Origin: Nitrosomonas europaea
GTDB taxonomy: Bacteria; Pseudomonadota; Gammaproteobacteria; Burkholderiales; Nitrosomonadaceae
Length of the DNA: 32,000 nucleotides
Assembly (NCBI RefSeq): GCF_900167395.1
Contig: NZ_FUWK01000003.1
Location: 60,001 to 92,000 of the forward strand
Reading direction: 5' to 3'
Both the position numbers and the translations under genes were made by a program. Under the pieces are notes generated by a model that was given only the letters and a program-made list of their open reading frames with translations, was not told the origin of the DNA and made no database searches. This document shows positions 1 through 9,210 of the stretch, in pieces. How positions within the stretch are numbered: the stretch's first letter is position 1; each line of letters starts with the position of its first letter.

Positions 1-743
1 CTGATTTGCTGGCTTTTCTGTCCGACAGGATCGGACAGGGGGTGAAAGCAAGTACTACTTGCAGGGCGCTCACCTGTATCAAACGGTTTTACCGGTATCT
101 GTTACGCCAGGGGAAAATCCTGGCGGATCCTGCCACGAATATAGATAGTCCGAAAATCTCCCGCCATTTACCTGTAAGCCTGACTGAGACGGAGGTGGAA
201 GCACTGCTGGCAGCACCGGACACCCGGCAGCCACTTGGTTTACGTGACCGTGCCATGCTGGAAATACTTTATGCTGCAGGGTTGCGTGTTTCAGAGCTGG
301 TTGGATTAAGCATTTCCCAAATTCGCCAGGATATGGGAGTGGTGCGTATCTTAGGTAAGGGCAGCAAGGAGCGTCTGATTCCTCTGGGTGAGGAAGCATT
401 GCACTGGCTGAGCTTGTATCTTCAGGAAGCGCGCCCGGTACTGCTGGCGGGCAAACATAGCAATATGTCATTCGTGACCACACGTGGTGATGCCATGACC
501 CGCCAGGCATTCTGGTATCTGATCAAGCGCCATGCACGACAGGCAGGAATCGTAAAGCTGTTGTCTCCCCATACACTTCGCCATGCCTTTGCTACTCATT
601 TACTCAATCATGGTGCTGATTTGCGAGTGGTGCAACTGTTGCTTGGCCATAGTGATATTTCAACTACGCAAATTTATACTCATGTTGCACGCGAGCGGCT
701 GAAGCAGTTGCATGCCCGGCATCATCCAAGGGGGACGCTGTAA
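1..743 (+). CDS. xerD: Tyrosine site-specific recombinase XerD, 5'-truncated by the window edge (C-terminal ~245 aa present)
   Basis: The frame is open from the window start to TAA 741-743. Tyrosine-recombinase blocks are visible: RDRAMLEILYAAGLRVSEL, HTLRHAFATHLL and LLGHSDISTTQIYTHV. The ending RLKQLHARHHPRG closely parallels the E. coli XerD C-terminus. The TTG at 6 in the ORF track is an artefact, not the true start. Confidence 0.9.
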   Translation, partial: DLLAFLSDRIGQGVKASTTCRALTCIKRFYRYLLRQGKILADPATNIDSPKISRHLPVSLTETEVEALLAAPDTRQPLGLRDRAMLEILYAAGLRVSELVGLSISQIRQDMGVVRILGKGSKERLIPLGEEALHWLSLYLQEARPVLLAGKHSNMSFVTTRGDAMTRQAFWYLIKRHARQAGIVKLLSPHTLRHAFATHLLNHGADLRVVQLLLGHSDISTTQIYTHVARERLKQLHARHHPRGTL

Positions 744-806
744 CTTGTGAGCCTTCGATGATGAGCTTTACACGGCGATCAGATTTGAATCGATTTGTGG
801 AGAGTT

Positions 807-864
807 TCTATGGCATACCTGATCGCGCAGTGAGTTTGCCCAACAGGCACGCCATAGAGATTTT
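807..864 (+). terminator. Possible intrinsic terminator in the convergent xerD/rne gap
   Basis: TCTATGGC (807-814) pairs with GCCATAGA (851-858). Inner CCTG (818-821) pairs with CAGG (844-847). The structure is followed by GATTTT (859-864). The loop is long and imperfect, so the call is weak. Confidence 0.3.
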
Positions 865-879
865 CGCCTGACGATTGTA

Positions 880-3441
880 TCAGTCTCTGGTTTCCACTTG
901 CACCAGAGGTTCTGCATTGTCAGCAGCAGGTTCTACCGAACGACGGGGCCGGCTGCGCGGCCTTCTGGAAGGCGCTGGAGGAACTTCTTCTGTCTCGGAT
1001 ATCTTATCCGGAGCTGTTTCTATCATGATCAATCCGCTCTGGGCGAGATCCGGTAACTCGATCGTTTGATGAGGATGCGGTTCAACCGTTACCTGATACT
1101 CGCTATCCGGTTCGCCGCGGGTATGGATTGTTTCAGTTTCAATGATCTCGGCGGACGCTGTTACCTGATTCTCAATGATATCGTTTGTCGGAGTCGAGCT
1201 GGTGTCCCCGACTGGTTCCACCGGGAGCAGGAGTATATTCTCGGTATCTTTGCTGTCATCATCAGAAGATACAACGGGTTCGACCGTTTCATTTTCTCCG
1301 ATTGGTATCACTTCATCCTGCCCGGTGGCCGTGTTCAGATTTATCTGATCTTCCCGGTCACGATGCAAACTTCCACGACGGCGGCGTGAACGGCCTCGTT
1401 TTTCTGTTTTTCTTTCACTGGTAGAGTCTGCTGTAGCAGCTGTATCTGCCGGTGTTGTCGATACATCGAGCTGATCACTTGCCACTTCGAGCTTCTGCGG
1501 CGGATTCTGGCGGCCATTTTTGCGATGTTGCCGATCATTGTCGGTAGCACGATCGGTAACAGGATGCTCTACTACTACAGGGTGATCGAGCAGTGACGAA
1601 TGGCCTGCTTCCTGCAATGATCCGTTTGCCGTTACCTGGGTACTGGTTTTCGTACGTTTGCTGCGGCCGCGATCGCGCCGGTTGCGACTACGTTCACCGC
1701 GAGAAGGTTTTGTCTGAGATTCTTCCGCAGCTTGATCGGTTTCTGTCCGGTTGCTGCCTGCCGGCCTGAACAGACTGAAGAATTTGTCCAGGAATGAAAG
1801 CTGTTCTCGAGGTTTTTCTTCAGGAACGGGGGCGGGTTGCTCGGGCTTGATACCGGTTACCGCTGCTTTGGGCCGGGTTGCCCGGGTCTCCTGGGAAATA
1901 GAGGGGAGTGTGACTTCTTCGGAGGTCTTTTCCACCATTTCGTAACTTGGCGGTAATTCGGTTGATTTGATGTCTTCATGGCGCAACCGGGTAATCGTGT
2001 AGTTGGGCGTCTCCATATAGATGTTGGGGATCAGGATAATCCCGACTTTCAGACGTGCTTCGAGCCGATATATCTCCGATCGTTTCTCGTTCAGCAGAAA
2101 TGTGGCAACATCCACTGGCAGCTGTACCTGCAGCATACTGGTCTGCTCTTTCATCGCTTCTTCCTGGATGATTCTGAGAATATGCAGAGCGGATGAATCC
2201 GTTCCCCGAATATGGCCGGTACCATGGCAGCGAGGACAAGGGATATAGTTTCCTTCCCCGAGAGAGGGTCGCAGTCGTTGCCGCGATAATTCGAGTAATC
2301 CAAAGCGGGAGATTTTACCGATCTGGACGCGTGCACGATCCAGGCGCAATGCCTTGAGCAGACTGGATTCCACTTCCCGTTGATTGCGGGTGACTTCCAT
2401 ATCGATAAAATCGACCACTACCAGTCCGCCCAGATCACGCAGGCGCAATTGCCGGGCGATTTCATCGGCTGCCTCGAGATTGGTGTTGAGCGCAGTGGTT
2501 TCGATGTCTGAACCACGTATGGCACGTGCTGAATTGACGTCGATGGAAACCAGTGCCTCGGTATGGTCAATGACAATCGAGCCACCTGAAGGCAGAGTAA
2601 CCTGACGGGAGTAGGCCGTCTCGATCTGGTGTTCGATCTGGAAACGGGAAAACAGTGGAATATCATCCTGATAGAGTTTTAACCGATCCACGTTCGCCGG
2701 CATGACATTTGCCATGAACTGATATGCCTGCTCATATATTTCAGGGTTATCGATCAGGATTTCACCGATTTCTGCGTGGAAATAATCACGAATGGCACGG
2801 ATCACAAGGCTGCTTTCCTGATAAATCAGGAAGACACCTTTCTCGTTACTGGCGGCCTCTTCAATGGCACGCCAGAGCTGTACCAGATAGTTCAAATCCC
2901 ATTGCAGTTCTTCTTCATTGCGTCCGATACCTGCGGTGCGTGCAATGATGCTCATGCCTTCAGGTACCTGAAGGTTGTTGATGACCTCACGTAATTCTGC
3001 CCGCTCTTCCGCGCTCACTCGGCGTGAAATACCGCCACCCTGCGGGTTGTTGGGCATCAGGACGAGATAACGCCCGGCCAGAGAGATGTAAGTGGTGAGG
3101 GCAGCACCTTTGTTGCCACGCTCATCCTTGTCAACCTGTACAATCAGCTCCTGACCTTCACGTAACAGGTCGGCCACACGATGACCGGACCAGTCGGTAT
3201 TCCTGTCGAAGCAGGTTGGAGCAATTTCCTTATAAGGCAAGAAACCATGACGGCCGGCGCCGTAATCGACGAAGGCGGCTTCAAGACTGGGTTCGAGGCG
3301 GGTGACAGCTGCTTTATAAATATTACTTTTGCGTTGTTCCTTGCCCAGGGTTTCGATATCGATATCGATGAGTTTCTGCCCATCTACGATGGCGACGCGC
3401 AGCTCTTCAGGCTGGGTCGCATTGAATAACATACGTTTCAT
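880..3441 (-). CDS. rne: Ribonuclease E (853 aa): N-terminal catalytic half plus Arg-rich disordered C-terminal scaffold
   Basis: The N-terminus [30 protein letters not shown]...[29 protein letters not shown] is near-identical in pattern to E. coli RNase E. The Zn-link motif [12 protein letters not shown] is present. The C-terminal half is low complexity with [13 protein letters not shown] and [11 protein letters not shown] tracts. SD GGGAGA lies 6 nt upstream of the ATG (complement of 3448-3453). Confidence 0.95.
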   Translation of the reverse strand: MKRMLFNATQPEELRVAIVDGQKLIDIDIETLGKEQRKSNIYKAAVTRLEPSLEAAFVDYGAGRHGFLPYKEIAPTCFDRNTDWSGHRVADLLREGQELIVQVDKDERGNKGAALTTYISLAGRYLVLMPNNPQGGGISRRVSAEERAELREVINNLQVPEGMSIIARTAGIGRNEEELQWDLNYLVQLWRAIEEAASNEKGVFLIYQESSLVIRAIRDYFHAEIGEILIDNPEIYEQAYQFMANVMPANVDRLKLYQDDIPLFSRFQIEHQIETAYSRQVTLPSGGSIVIDHTEALVSIDVNSARAIRGSDIETTALNTNLEAADEIARQLRLRDLGGLVVVDFIDMEVTRNQREVESSLLKALRLDRARVQIGKISRFGLLELSRQRLRPSLGEGNYIPCPRCHGTGHIRGTDSSALHILRIIQEEAMKEQTSMLQVQLPVDVATFLLNEKRSEIYRLEARLKVGIILIPNIYMETPNYTITRLRHEDIKSTELPPSYEMVEKTSEEVTLPSISQETRATRPKAAVTGIKPEQPAPVPEEKPREQLSFLDKFFSLFRPAGSNRTETDQAAEESQTKPSRGERSRNRRDRGRSKRTKTSTQVTANGSLQEAGHSSLLDHPVVVEHPVTDRATDNDRQHRKNGRQNPPQKLEVASDQLDVSTTPADTAATADSTSERKTEKRGRSRRRRGSLHRDREDQINLNTATGQDEVIPIGENETVEPVVSSDDDSKDTENILLLPVEPVGDTSSTPTNDIIENQVTASAEIIETETIHTRGEPDSEYQVTVEPHPHQTIELPDLAQSGLIMIETAPDKISETEEVPPAPSRRPRSRPRRSVEPAADNAEPLVQVETRD

Positions 3442-3927
3442 TTAGTGTCTCCCGCGCTCAATTTACGGGCGAATTTCTCGTTCACTGCCAATGTGGCATC
3501 TGATGGTTTTTTGCTTGGGTGTGTCTGTAACCCGGTTGGTTGGATCATGATGCGGATGATGATTTTGGTATCCTTTGAAGTTGACCAGTCAATAATTGAC
3601 AGCCGGTGTTTCGATTCCACAACCGACCGGATCAGAAACGGGTGAGATACAGAGCCTGCAGAGAACATACCCTGTGTATCCGGGTATGGAATCAGGAACT
3701 TGAATATGTGTACGTCGAGCGCGCAAATTAAATATCATCGCTGCTTGTTATATGGTGAGCGACATTAACCAGCCGGAAACTGGCTTTATCCAGCGTATGA
3801 AAACGAGAATCCGGGTACATGACTACTTGACTGACCACGCAATCGCTTCATGGTGAAAAAACAGATTTACAGGAATTCGGGTGTGAAAAGTATAGGTAAA
3901 AGCAGGGTGCCCGGTAAAGAGAAAATT

Positions 3928-4914
3928 ATGCCGGGTATTATATCGGAACATACGGTTGTTAGACAGATTGATGAAACTGCTGAAAGCCAGCGTATCGACA
4001 ATTTTCTCATCAGATCGCTGAAGGGAATACCCAGACGTCATATTTATCAACTACTTCGCAGTGGGCAGGTGCGTGTCAACAGTAAACGTATCGATGCTAG
4101 CTATCGTCTGCAGCTTGGTGACAAAGTCCGTATTCCACCCGTTATCAGATCGGTGAAGCCGGTATCCAGTCAGGGAGTGTATCGGACAGATCGCTTCAAT
4201 ATCCTGTATCAGGACGACCATCTGCTGGTGATCGATAAACCGGCCGGGATCGCGGTTCATGGAGGCAGTGGCATCAGCCATGGTGTGATCGAGCAGTTGC
4301 GCGGACAACATCCGGACTGGAAATTTCTGGAGCTGGTGCATCGCCTTGACCGTGAAACCTCGGGTATTTTGCTGCTGGCCCGCAAACGTCAATCTCTGTT
4401 GGAGTTGCACCGGCAGATTCGTGAAGGAACGGTGGAGAAGCATTATCTGACACTGGTTCGCGGAAAATGGAAAAATTCGGTACAGAATGTCCGTTTACCA
4501 TTGAATAAATATTTGACTGCAGCGGGAGAAAGACGTGTTGCCGTTGCTGCTGGCAGAAATGATCAGGATAAGGCACAGCAAGCGCATACGTTGTTTACTT
4601 TGCAAAAGGCATGGGAAGATTTCAGCTTGCTTGATGCCGAACTCAAAACCGGCCGTACTCACCAGATTCGTGTGCATCTGGCCCATCTTGGCTTCCCCAT
4701 AGCAGGGGATGATAAATATGGTGATTTTGGATTGAATAAACAGTTACAGAAGGATGATGGGAAGGGGCAAGTGTTGAGGCGCATGTTTCTGCATGCTTCG
4801 GCATTCACCTGTACACACCCGGTGACAGGCGATCTTTTACGTCTGGAAGCACCATTGCCGGATGAGCTACGCGTATTTTTGAGAAATCTGGATTTGAATA
4901 TCCATTTGCCCTGA
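3928..4914 (+). CDS. rluC: 23S rRNA pseudouridine synthase RluC (RluA family)
   Basis: An S4 domain (QRIDNFLIRSLKGIPRRHIYQLLRSGQVRVN) is followed by the catalytic block HRLDRETSGILLLA and GRTHQIRVHLA. Starting at ATG 3928 aligns the N-terminus residue for residue with E. coli RluC as I recall it (QRIDNFL at about position 20). The longest ORF starts at ATG 3850, has no SD and adds a 26-aa basic extension; it remains an alternative. The divergent rne<>rluC synteny matches E. coli. Confidence 0.85.
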   Translation: MPGIISEHTVVRQIDETAESQRIDNFLIRSLKGIPRRHIYQLLRSGQVRVNSKRIDASYRLQLGDKVRIPPVIRSVKPVSSQGVYRTDRFNILYQDDHLLVIDKPAGIAVHGGSGISHGVIEQLRGQHPDWKFLELVHRLDRETSGILLLARKRQSLLELHRQIREGTVEKHYLTLVRGKWKNSVQNVRLPLNKYLTAAGERRVAVAAGRNDQDKAQQAHTLFTLQKAWEDFSLLDAELKTGRTHQIRVHLAHLGFPIAGDDKYGDFGLNKQLQKDDGKGQVLRRMFLHASAFTCTHPVTGDLLRLEAPLPDELRVFLRNLDLNIHLP

Positions 4915-4960
4915 TACGCCTTCTGTGAAGCCGAAACTCTGTGTGTTCAGAAAATTTTTA

Positions 4961-5647
4961 TCATGGCAGGATTGCTTCTGTACTGGTTTTATCGGCTGAT
5001 TCTTCGCTGGCGACGGGTGCTCGGACTGATTTCAGCACAGCAGTCAATGCCGGCCAGACATTATCCAGCATTTTTTCCTGAGCCTGGATAGTGGGATGGA
5101 TTCCATCGGCCTGGAAGGATTCGGGCTGATCGCCAAAACCTTCCATCAGGAATGGAGCCAGCTGTAATTGTTGATCCCGTGCCAAGCGTGGATAGATATC
5201 ACGAAACTTTTGCGTATAACTTATGCCATAATTGGGCGGCAGTTGCATGCCGACCAGTAATGGAGTGGCATTGTACCGTTTGCAGGCCAGAATGATTGCT
5301 TCCAGATTTTCATAAATGGAGGTGATCGATCGACCTTGCAGACCGTCATTTGCCCCCAGTGCAACGATAACGATATCCGGCACATGGTCGTTGAGTGCCT
5401 GTTCAATCCGGTTGCGCCCGCCCAAGGTAATTTCCCCGCTGATGCTGACGTTTATTACTCTGTAATCGGGAGACTGGTTTTGTAATCGCCGCTCAAGCAG
5501 ATTCACCCATCCGGTTCCCGGTGGCAGGCCATATCCTGCGGACAGGCTGTCGCCCAGCACTATGATACTGGTGCCTGTTCCAGACCAGGCTGAACTGAGT
5601 GAGAAGATACTAAACAAACATAATATGACGAACAGCAGTTTTTTCAT
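4961..5647 (-). CDS. tesA: Secreted SGNH/GDSL hydrolase, TesA-like (acyl-CoA thioesterase I / lysophospholipase L1 / arylesterase)
   Basis: A signal peptide [20 protein letters not shown] is followed by the four SGNH blocks: GDSLSAGYG, a Gly block, GANDG and DGIHP. SD GGGAG lies upstream on the minus strand. The gene is divergent from ybbA-ybbP, as in E. coli. Confidence 0.85.
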   Translation of the reverse strand: MKKLLFVILCLFSIFSLSSAWSGTGTSIIVLGDSLSAGYGLPPGTGWVNLLERRLQNQSPDYRVINVSISGEITLGGRNRIEQALNDHVPDIVIVALGANDGLQGRSITSIYENLEAIILACKRYNATPLLVGMQLPPNYGISYTQKFRDIYPRLARDQQLQLAPFLMEGFGDQPESFQADGIHPTIQAQEKMLDNVWPALTAVLKSVRAPVASEESADKTSTEAILP

Positions 5648-6356
5648 GGTAAATCAACTCCCAGCTGAACAATCGGTTTCTGTGAACAATCAGCCTATCA
5701 TACAGGCCAGCGGTTTAACCAGAGAGGTTGACACGGGTGGAACCCGACTGACCATTCTGCAGGATATCAATCTGGAGATCTGTGCTGGAGAATCGATTGC
5801 CGTTGTCGGCGCTTCCGGTTCTGGGAAATCAACCCTGCTCGGCTTGCTGGCAGGGCTGGATGTACCGACCCGTGGAACGGTTTTTCTTGATGGGGAAGAT
5901 ATTTTCAAGCTGGATGAAGACGAACGTGCCGGTTTGCGTGGCAGATTGCTGGGGTTCATGTTTCAGTCGTTCCAGTTGCTGCCTTCACTGACCGCGCTTG
6001 AAAATGTCATGTTGCCGCTGGAGCTGTCAGGTGCTGGTAATGCCCGTGAAGTTGCACATTCCTGGCTTGAACGGGTAGGGTTGGAGAAAAGGATCAGGCA
6101 TTATCCCAGGCAGCTTTCCGGGGGAGAGCAACAGCGTGTGGCTATCGCGCGGGCTTTTGTCACCCGTCCGAAAATGTTGTTCGCCGATGAGCCGACCGGT
6201 AACCTGGATGCAGCAACCGGAGCTCAGATCATTGACCTGATGTTTGCTATCAATCGGGAGCAGGGAACGACACTCATTCTGGTAACACACGATGAAAACC
6301 TTTCTGCCCGTTGTTCCCGTGTCATCAAGCTGGTTGCCGGCCGGGCGGTTGACTGA
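5646..6356 (+). CDS. ybbA: ABC transporter ATP-binding protein, YbbA/LolD/MacB-NBD family
   Basis: Walker [10 protein letters not shown], signature [14 protein letters not shown] and Walker [13 protein letters not shown] are present. The sequence aligns with E. coli YbbA from about residue 13. ATG 5646 is the most plausible start; the alternatives are ATG 5625 and GTG 5682. The track ORF start at 5562 lies deep inside tesA and is unlikely. Confidence 0.85.
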   Translation: MVNQLPAEQSVSVNNQPIIQASGLTREVDTGGTRLTILQDINLEICAGESIAVVGASGSGKSTLLGLLAGLDVPTRGTVFLDGEDIFKLDEDERAGLRGRLLGFMFQSFQLLPSLTALENVMLPLELSGAGNAREVAHSWLERVGLEKRIRHYPRQLSGGEQQRVAIARAFVTRPKMLFADEPTGNLDAATGAQIIDLMFAINREQGTTLILVTHDENLSARCSRVIKLVAGRAVD

Positions 6357-6415
6357 TTTGGGTTTGATTTTCCGCTTTTTCGTATTTCCAGCCAATTGTC
6401 CGAGGGTATCCTGAA

Positions 6416-8920
6416 ATGAACATGATCAGGCTTTCTTTGCGTATGCTGCTGCGAGACTGGCGAGCAGGAGAACTGCATATTCTTACACTGGCACTCATCA
6501 TCGCTGTGAGCAGTGTGGCTACCGTCAGCTTTTTTTCAGATCGGGTACAGAGAGCACTGGTGCTGGAAAGTAACCGGTTACTGGGGGGAGATTTACTGGT
6601 AATTTCCGACACGCCGTTGCCACCCGGTTATGCTGAATATGCCCGGCAGCTCGGATTAAAGACTACCCACCTGACCAGATTTCCCAGCATGATCAGTTTT
6701 GGTGACAACAGCCTTCTGACGAGCGTCAAGGCGGTAGCACCTGGCTATCCGTTGCGAGGGGAGTTGAAACTGGCTGACCCGCCAGCGGAAGGGGTTGCTG
6801 CCCAACATATCCGGGTTGCTCAAGGAATACCTGAACGTGAAACCGTCTGGGTGGATGAAAAGGTAATGGTGGCATTAGAAGTGACGCTGGGCGACAAGAT
6901 CGAGGTGGGTGCTGCAGAATTGACAGTCATGTCGATGGTGGAGAGTGAGCCGGATCATTCCGTCGGGTTCGTCAGTATGAATCCCAGATTGCTGATGAAT
7001 GAGGAGGATTTGGCTGCTACCCGGTTGATCCAGCCAGGCAGTCGAATCAGCTATCAACTTCTGGTGGCAGGAGATGAAGGGCGTGTAGCCGGGTTCAGAC
7101 GCTGGATCAGTGAGCGGCTGTCTCCGGGCGAGCGTGTCGAGGGTATTCAGGATGCACGACCGGAGATCCGGTCAGCACTCGATCGAGCTGGTAAATTTCT
7201 GAGTCTGGCTGCTCTGGCCAGTGTTGTCGTGGCAGCAGCAGCAGTGGCACTGGCCATACGGCGCTTCATCCAGCGCCATCTGGATGGTTGTGCTGTCATG
7301 CGCTGCCTGGGTGCAACTGAATCCGACCTGCTGCGCCTGTATTCATACTATTTTGTAATGCTGGGCTCGGCTGCAAGTCTACTGGGGTGTGTGCTGGCCG
7401 TGCTGACACAGGAGTTTTTGTCATACTGGCTATCAGAACTGCTCGGGATTGCGTTGCCGTTGCCAAGCGTATTGCCCTTTATACAAGGGATATTGACCGG
7501 TATGGTGTTGTTGCTGGGTTTTGCTCTTCCCCCCTTGCTGAATCTGCGGCAGGTGCCTGCGTTGCGTGTCATCCGGCGTGATCTTGAACTGGCAAATTTG
7601 CACAGTCTGGCGGGTTACGGATTCGGATTTGCCATACTGTCTGTGCTGTTTATCTGGAAGGCTGAATCATTCAAGCTGGGTATCATGATCATGTTTGGTT
7701 TTCTGCTGGCAGTCATCCTGTTTGGCCTGTTCGGCTTGTTGCTGATCCGGTTGTTTCTGCTGACTCGTCCGCAAGGTTCGGGTCCGTGGAGTTATGGACT
7801 GGCCAATATACGAAGACGAACTATTCCCAGTTTGGTGCAGGCTACTGCATTGGGATTGGGATTGATGGCGCTGCTGACGCTGACTTTGGTTCGTAATGAT
7901 TTGCTCGAGGATTGGCATGCCCGCCTGCCGGAGAATGCACCTAACCGGTTTCTGGTAAATGTTCAATCGGATCAACAGAAGAAGTTGATGGGGTTTTTCG
8001 ATGAGCATGCTATTCCACGACCGGAAATTTTTCCGATGGTGCGTGGCCGGCTGATGAAAATCAACGATCGGCCGGTAAATCTTAATGATTACCCTGATCC
8101 GCGAGCCAAGCAGTTGGTTAATCGTGAATTCAACCTGTCCTGGACGGATACCCTGCAATCGGATAATGAAATCGTGGCAGGACGCTGGTGGCGCGAGGAG
8201 ATCATATCATCCGAACATGAGCTGTCGATGGAGGTGGAGTTTGCCGAAACACTGGGTCTCAAAATGGGTGATCGTCTGACTTTTTATACAGGAGGAGGAG
8301 ATTTCTCAGCGACGATTACGAGTTTGCGCAAGGTGGATTGGGATACATTCCACGTAAATTTTTTTGCCGTGGTTCGTCCCGGGTTGCTCGATAATTATCC
8401 TGTAAGTTATATCACCAGTTTTTACCTGCCACCCGACAAGACACCTATCCTGCAGGAGCTGATCCGTATGTTTCCGAATTTTCTGGTAATCGATGTGGCG
8501 AGTGTGATTGAACGTGTACAAAATATGATCGAGCAAGTAACGCATGCGATCGAATTTGTATTCCTGTTTACACTGCTGGCGGGATTTGCCGTAATGTACG
8601 CCGCGATTGCTTCGACTCAAGATGAAAGAATTTACGAAGCTGCAATTTTTCGGACACTCGGGGCCAGAAAGCAGCAGCTTGCGCGTGCATGGGCAGTGGA
8701 GTTTGCAGTGCTCGGGACATTGGCAGGTTTTTTTGCGGCAGCAGGGGCAAGTGCTCTCGGTTACCTGATCGGTAAATATGTGCTGCATATCACTTATTCG
8801 CCCAGCCTGTGGATTGGTGCGGTGGGTGTGCTGGTAAGCGTGATCGGTGTGACAGTAATTGGCCTGATCGGGACACGTACGACACTGTCTCAGCCACCTT
8901 TACAGGTACTCAGAAAATAA
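6416..8920 (+). CDS. ybbP: ABC transporter permease with duplicated FtsX/MacB-type domains, YbbP-like (834 aa)
   Basis: The N-terminus MNMIRLSLRMLLRDWRAGE is typical of FtsX-family permeases. Two TM clusters (about aa 255-470 and 740-834) are each preceded by a large soluble domain. The gene follows ybbA by 59 nt, with a GAGGG RBS. Confidence 0.85.
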   Translation: MNMIRLSLRMLLRDWRAGELHILTLALIIAVSSVATVSFFSDRVQRALVLESNRLLGGDLLVISDTPLPPGYAEYARQLGLKTTHLTRFPSMISFGDNSLLTSVKAVAPGYPLRGELKLADPPAEGVAAQHIRVAQGIPERETVWVDEKVMVALEVTLGDKIEVGAAELTVMSMVESEPDHSVGFVSMNPRLLMNEEDLAATRLIQPGSRISYQLLVAGDEGRVAGFRRWISERLSPGERVEGIQDARPEIRSALDRAGKFLSLAALASVVVAAAAVALAIRRFIQRHLDGCAVMRCLGATESDLLRLYSYYFVMLGSAASLLGCVLAVLTQEFLSYWLSELLGIALPLPSVLPFIQGILTGMVLLLGFALPPLLNLRQVPALRVIRRDLELANLHSLAGYGFGFAILSVLFIWKAESFKLGIMIMFGFLLAVILFGLFGLLLIRLFLLTRPQGSGPWSYGLANIRRRTIPSLVQATALGLGLMALLTLTLVRNDLLEDWHARLPENAPNRFLVNVQSDQQKKLMGFFDEHAIPRPEIFPMVRGRLMKINDRPVNLNDYPDPRAKQLVNREFNLSWTDTLQSDNEIVAGRWWREEIISSEHELSMEVEFAETLGLKMGDRLTFYTGGGDFSATITSLRKVDWDTFHVNFFAVVRPGLLDNYPVSYITSFYLPPDKTPILQELIRMFPNFLVIDVASVIERVQNMIEQVTHAIEFVFLFTLLAGFAVMYAAIASTQDERIYEAAIFRTLGARKQQLARAWAVEFAVLGTLAGFFAAAGASALGYLIGKYVLHITYSPSLWIGAVGVLVSVIGVTVIGLIGTRTTLSQPPLQVLRK

Positions 8921-9110
8921 AATAATTCAATACCCGCTCTTTGAATGATGCAATGGCAATAAACAGGCTCTAGTTTTCGTTGAGCTGATTTCAATCATTT
9001 CGCTGCTTCTCATACCCTGTCCCGGCTTGTTTCGCGCTTAAATCTTTTCATCCGGGTAGATACTGCCCACGATTGATTTGCACTGTTTTTGTACTCGATC
9101 CTTATACGCT

Positions 9111-9135
9111 ATAGTTGACTAATATTGTCGGGTAT
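9111..9135 (+). promoter_or_regulatory. Type-1 IscR binding site overlapping a putative iscR-suf promoter
   Basis: ATAGTTGACTAATATTGTCGGGTAT matches the E. coli type-1 IscR consensus ATASYYGACTRWWWYAGTCRRSTAT at 24 of 25 positions. It contains a -35-like TTGACT (9115-9120). A weak -10 TACAGT lies 17 nt downstream (9138-9143). The box ends 76 nt upstream of the iscR ATG. Confidence 0.6.
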
Positions 9136-9210
9136 TATACAGTTATGGCCGGGCAAATATTCATGGTAAACGTTTCTAAATCGCTTTAAACAATACGCTA
9201 GGGGGTAGCA

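Noticed and set aside
1-743. A tyrosine recombinase as a possible marker of an integrated mobile element.
   Set aside because: The sequence matches housekeeping XerD (the dif-site resolvase), not phage or ICE integrases. No att-like repeats, tRNA target or cargo genes are nearby.
875-3429. Numerous 60-110-aa ORFs on both strands inside rne (for example 875-1069, 1066-1389, 1185-1424, 1976-2239 and 3181-3429).
   Set aside because: All are fully embedded in, or antisense to, the well-supported RNase E frame. They lack RBS motifs and recognisable domains, and their composition is typical of shadow frames.
8985-9002. A Fur-box-like segment, TGATTTCAATCATTTC, upstream of iscR.
   Set aside because: Only the AATCATT core matches the 19-bp Fur consensus and the other half-site is poor. 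It also lies more than 200 nt upstream of the ATG and upstream of the candidate promoter.
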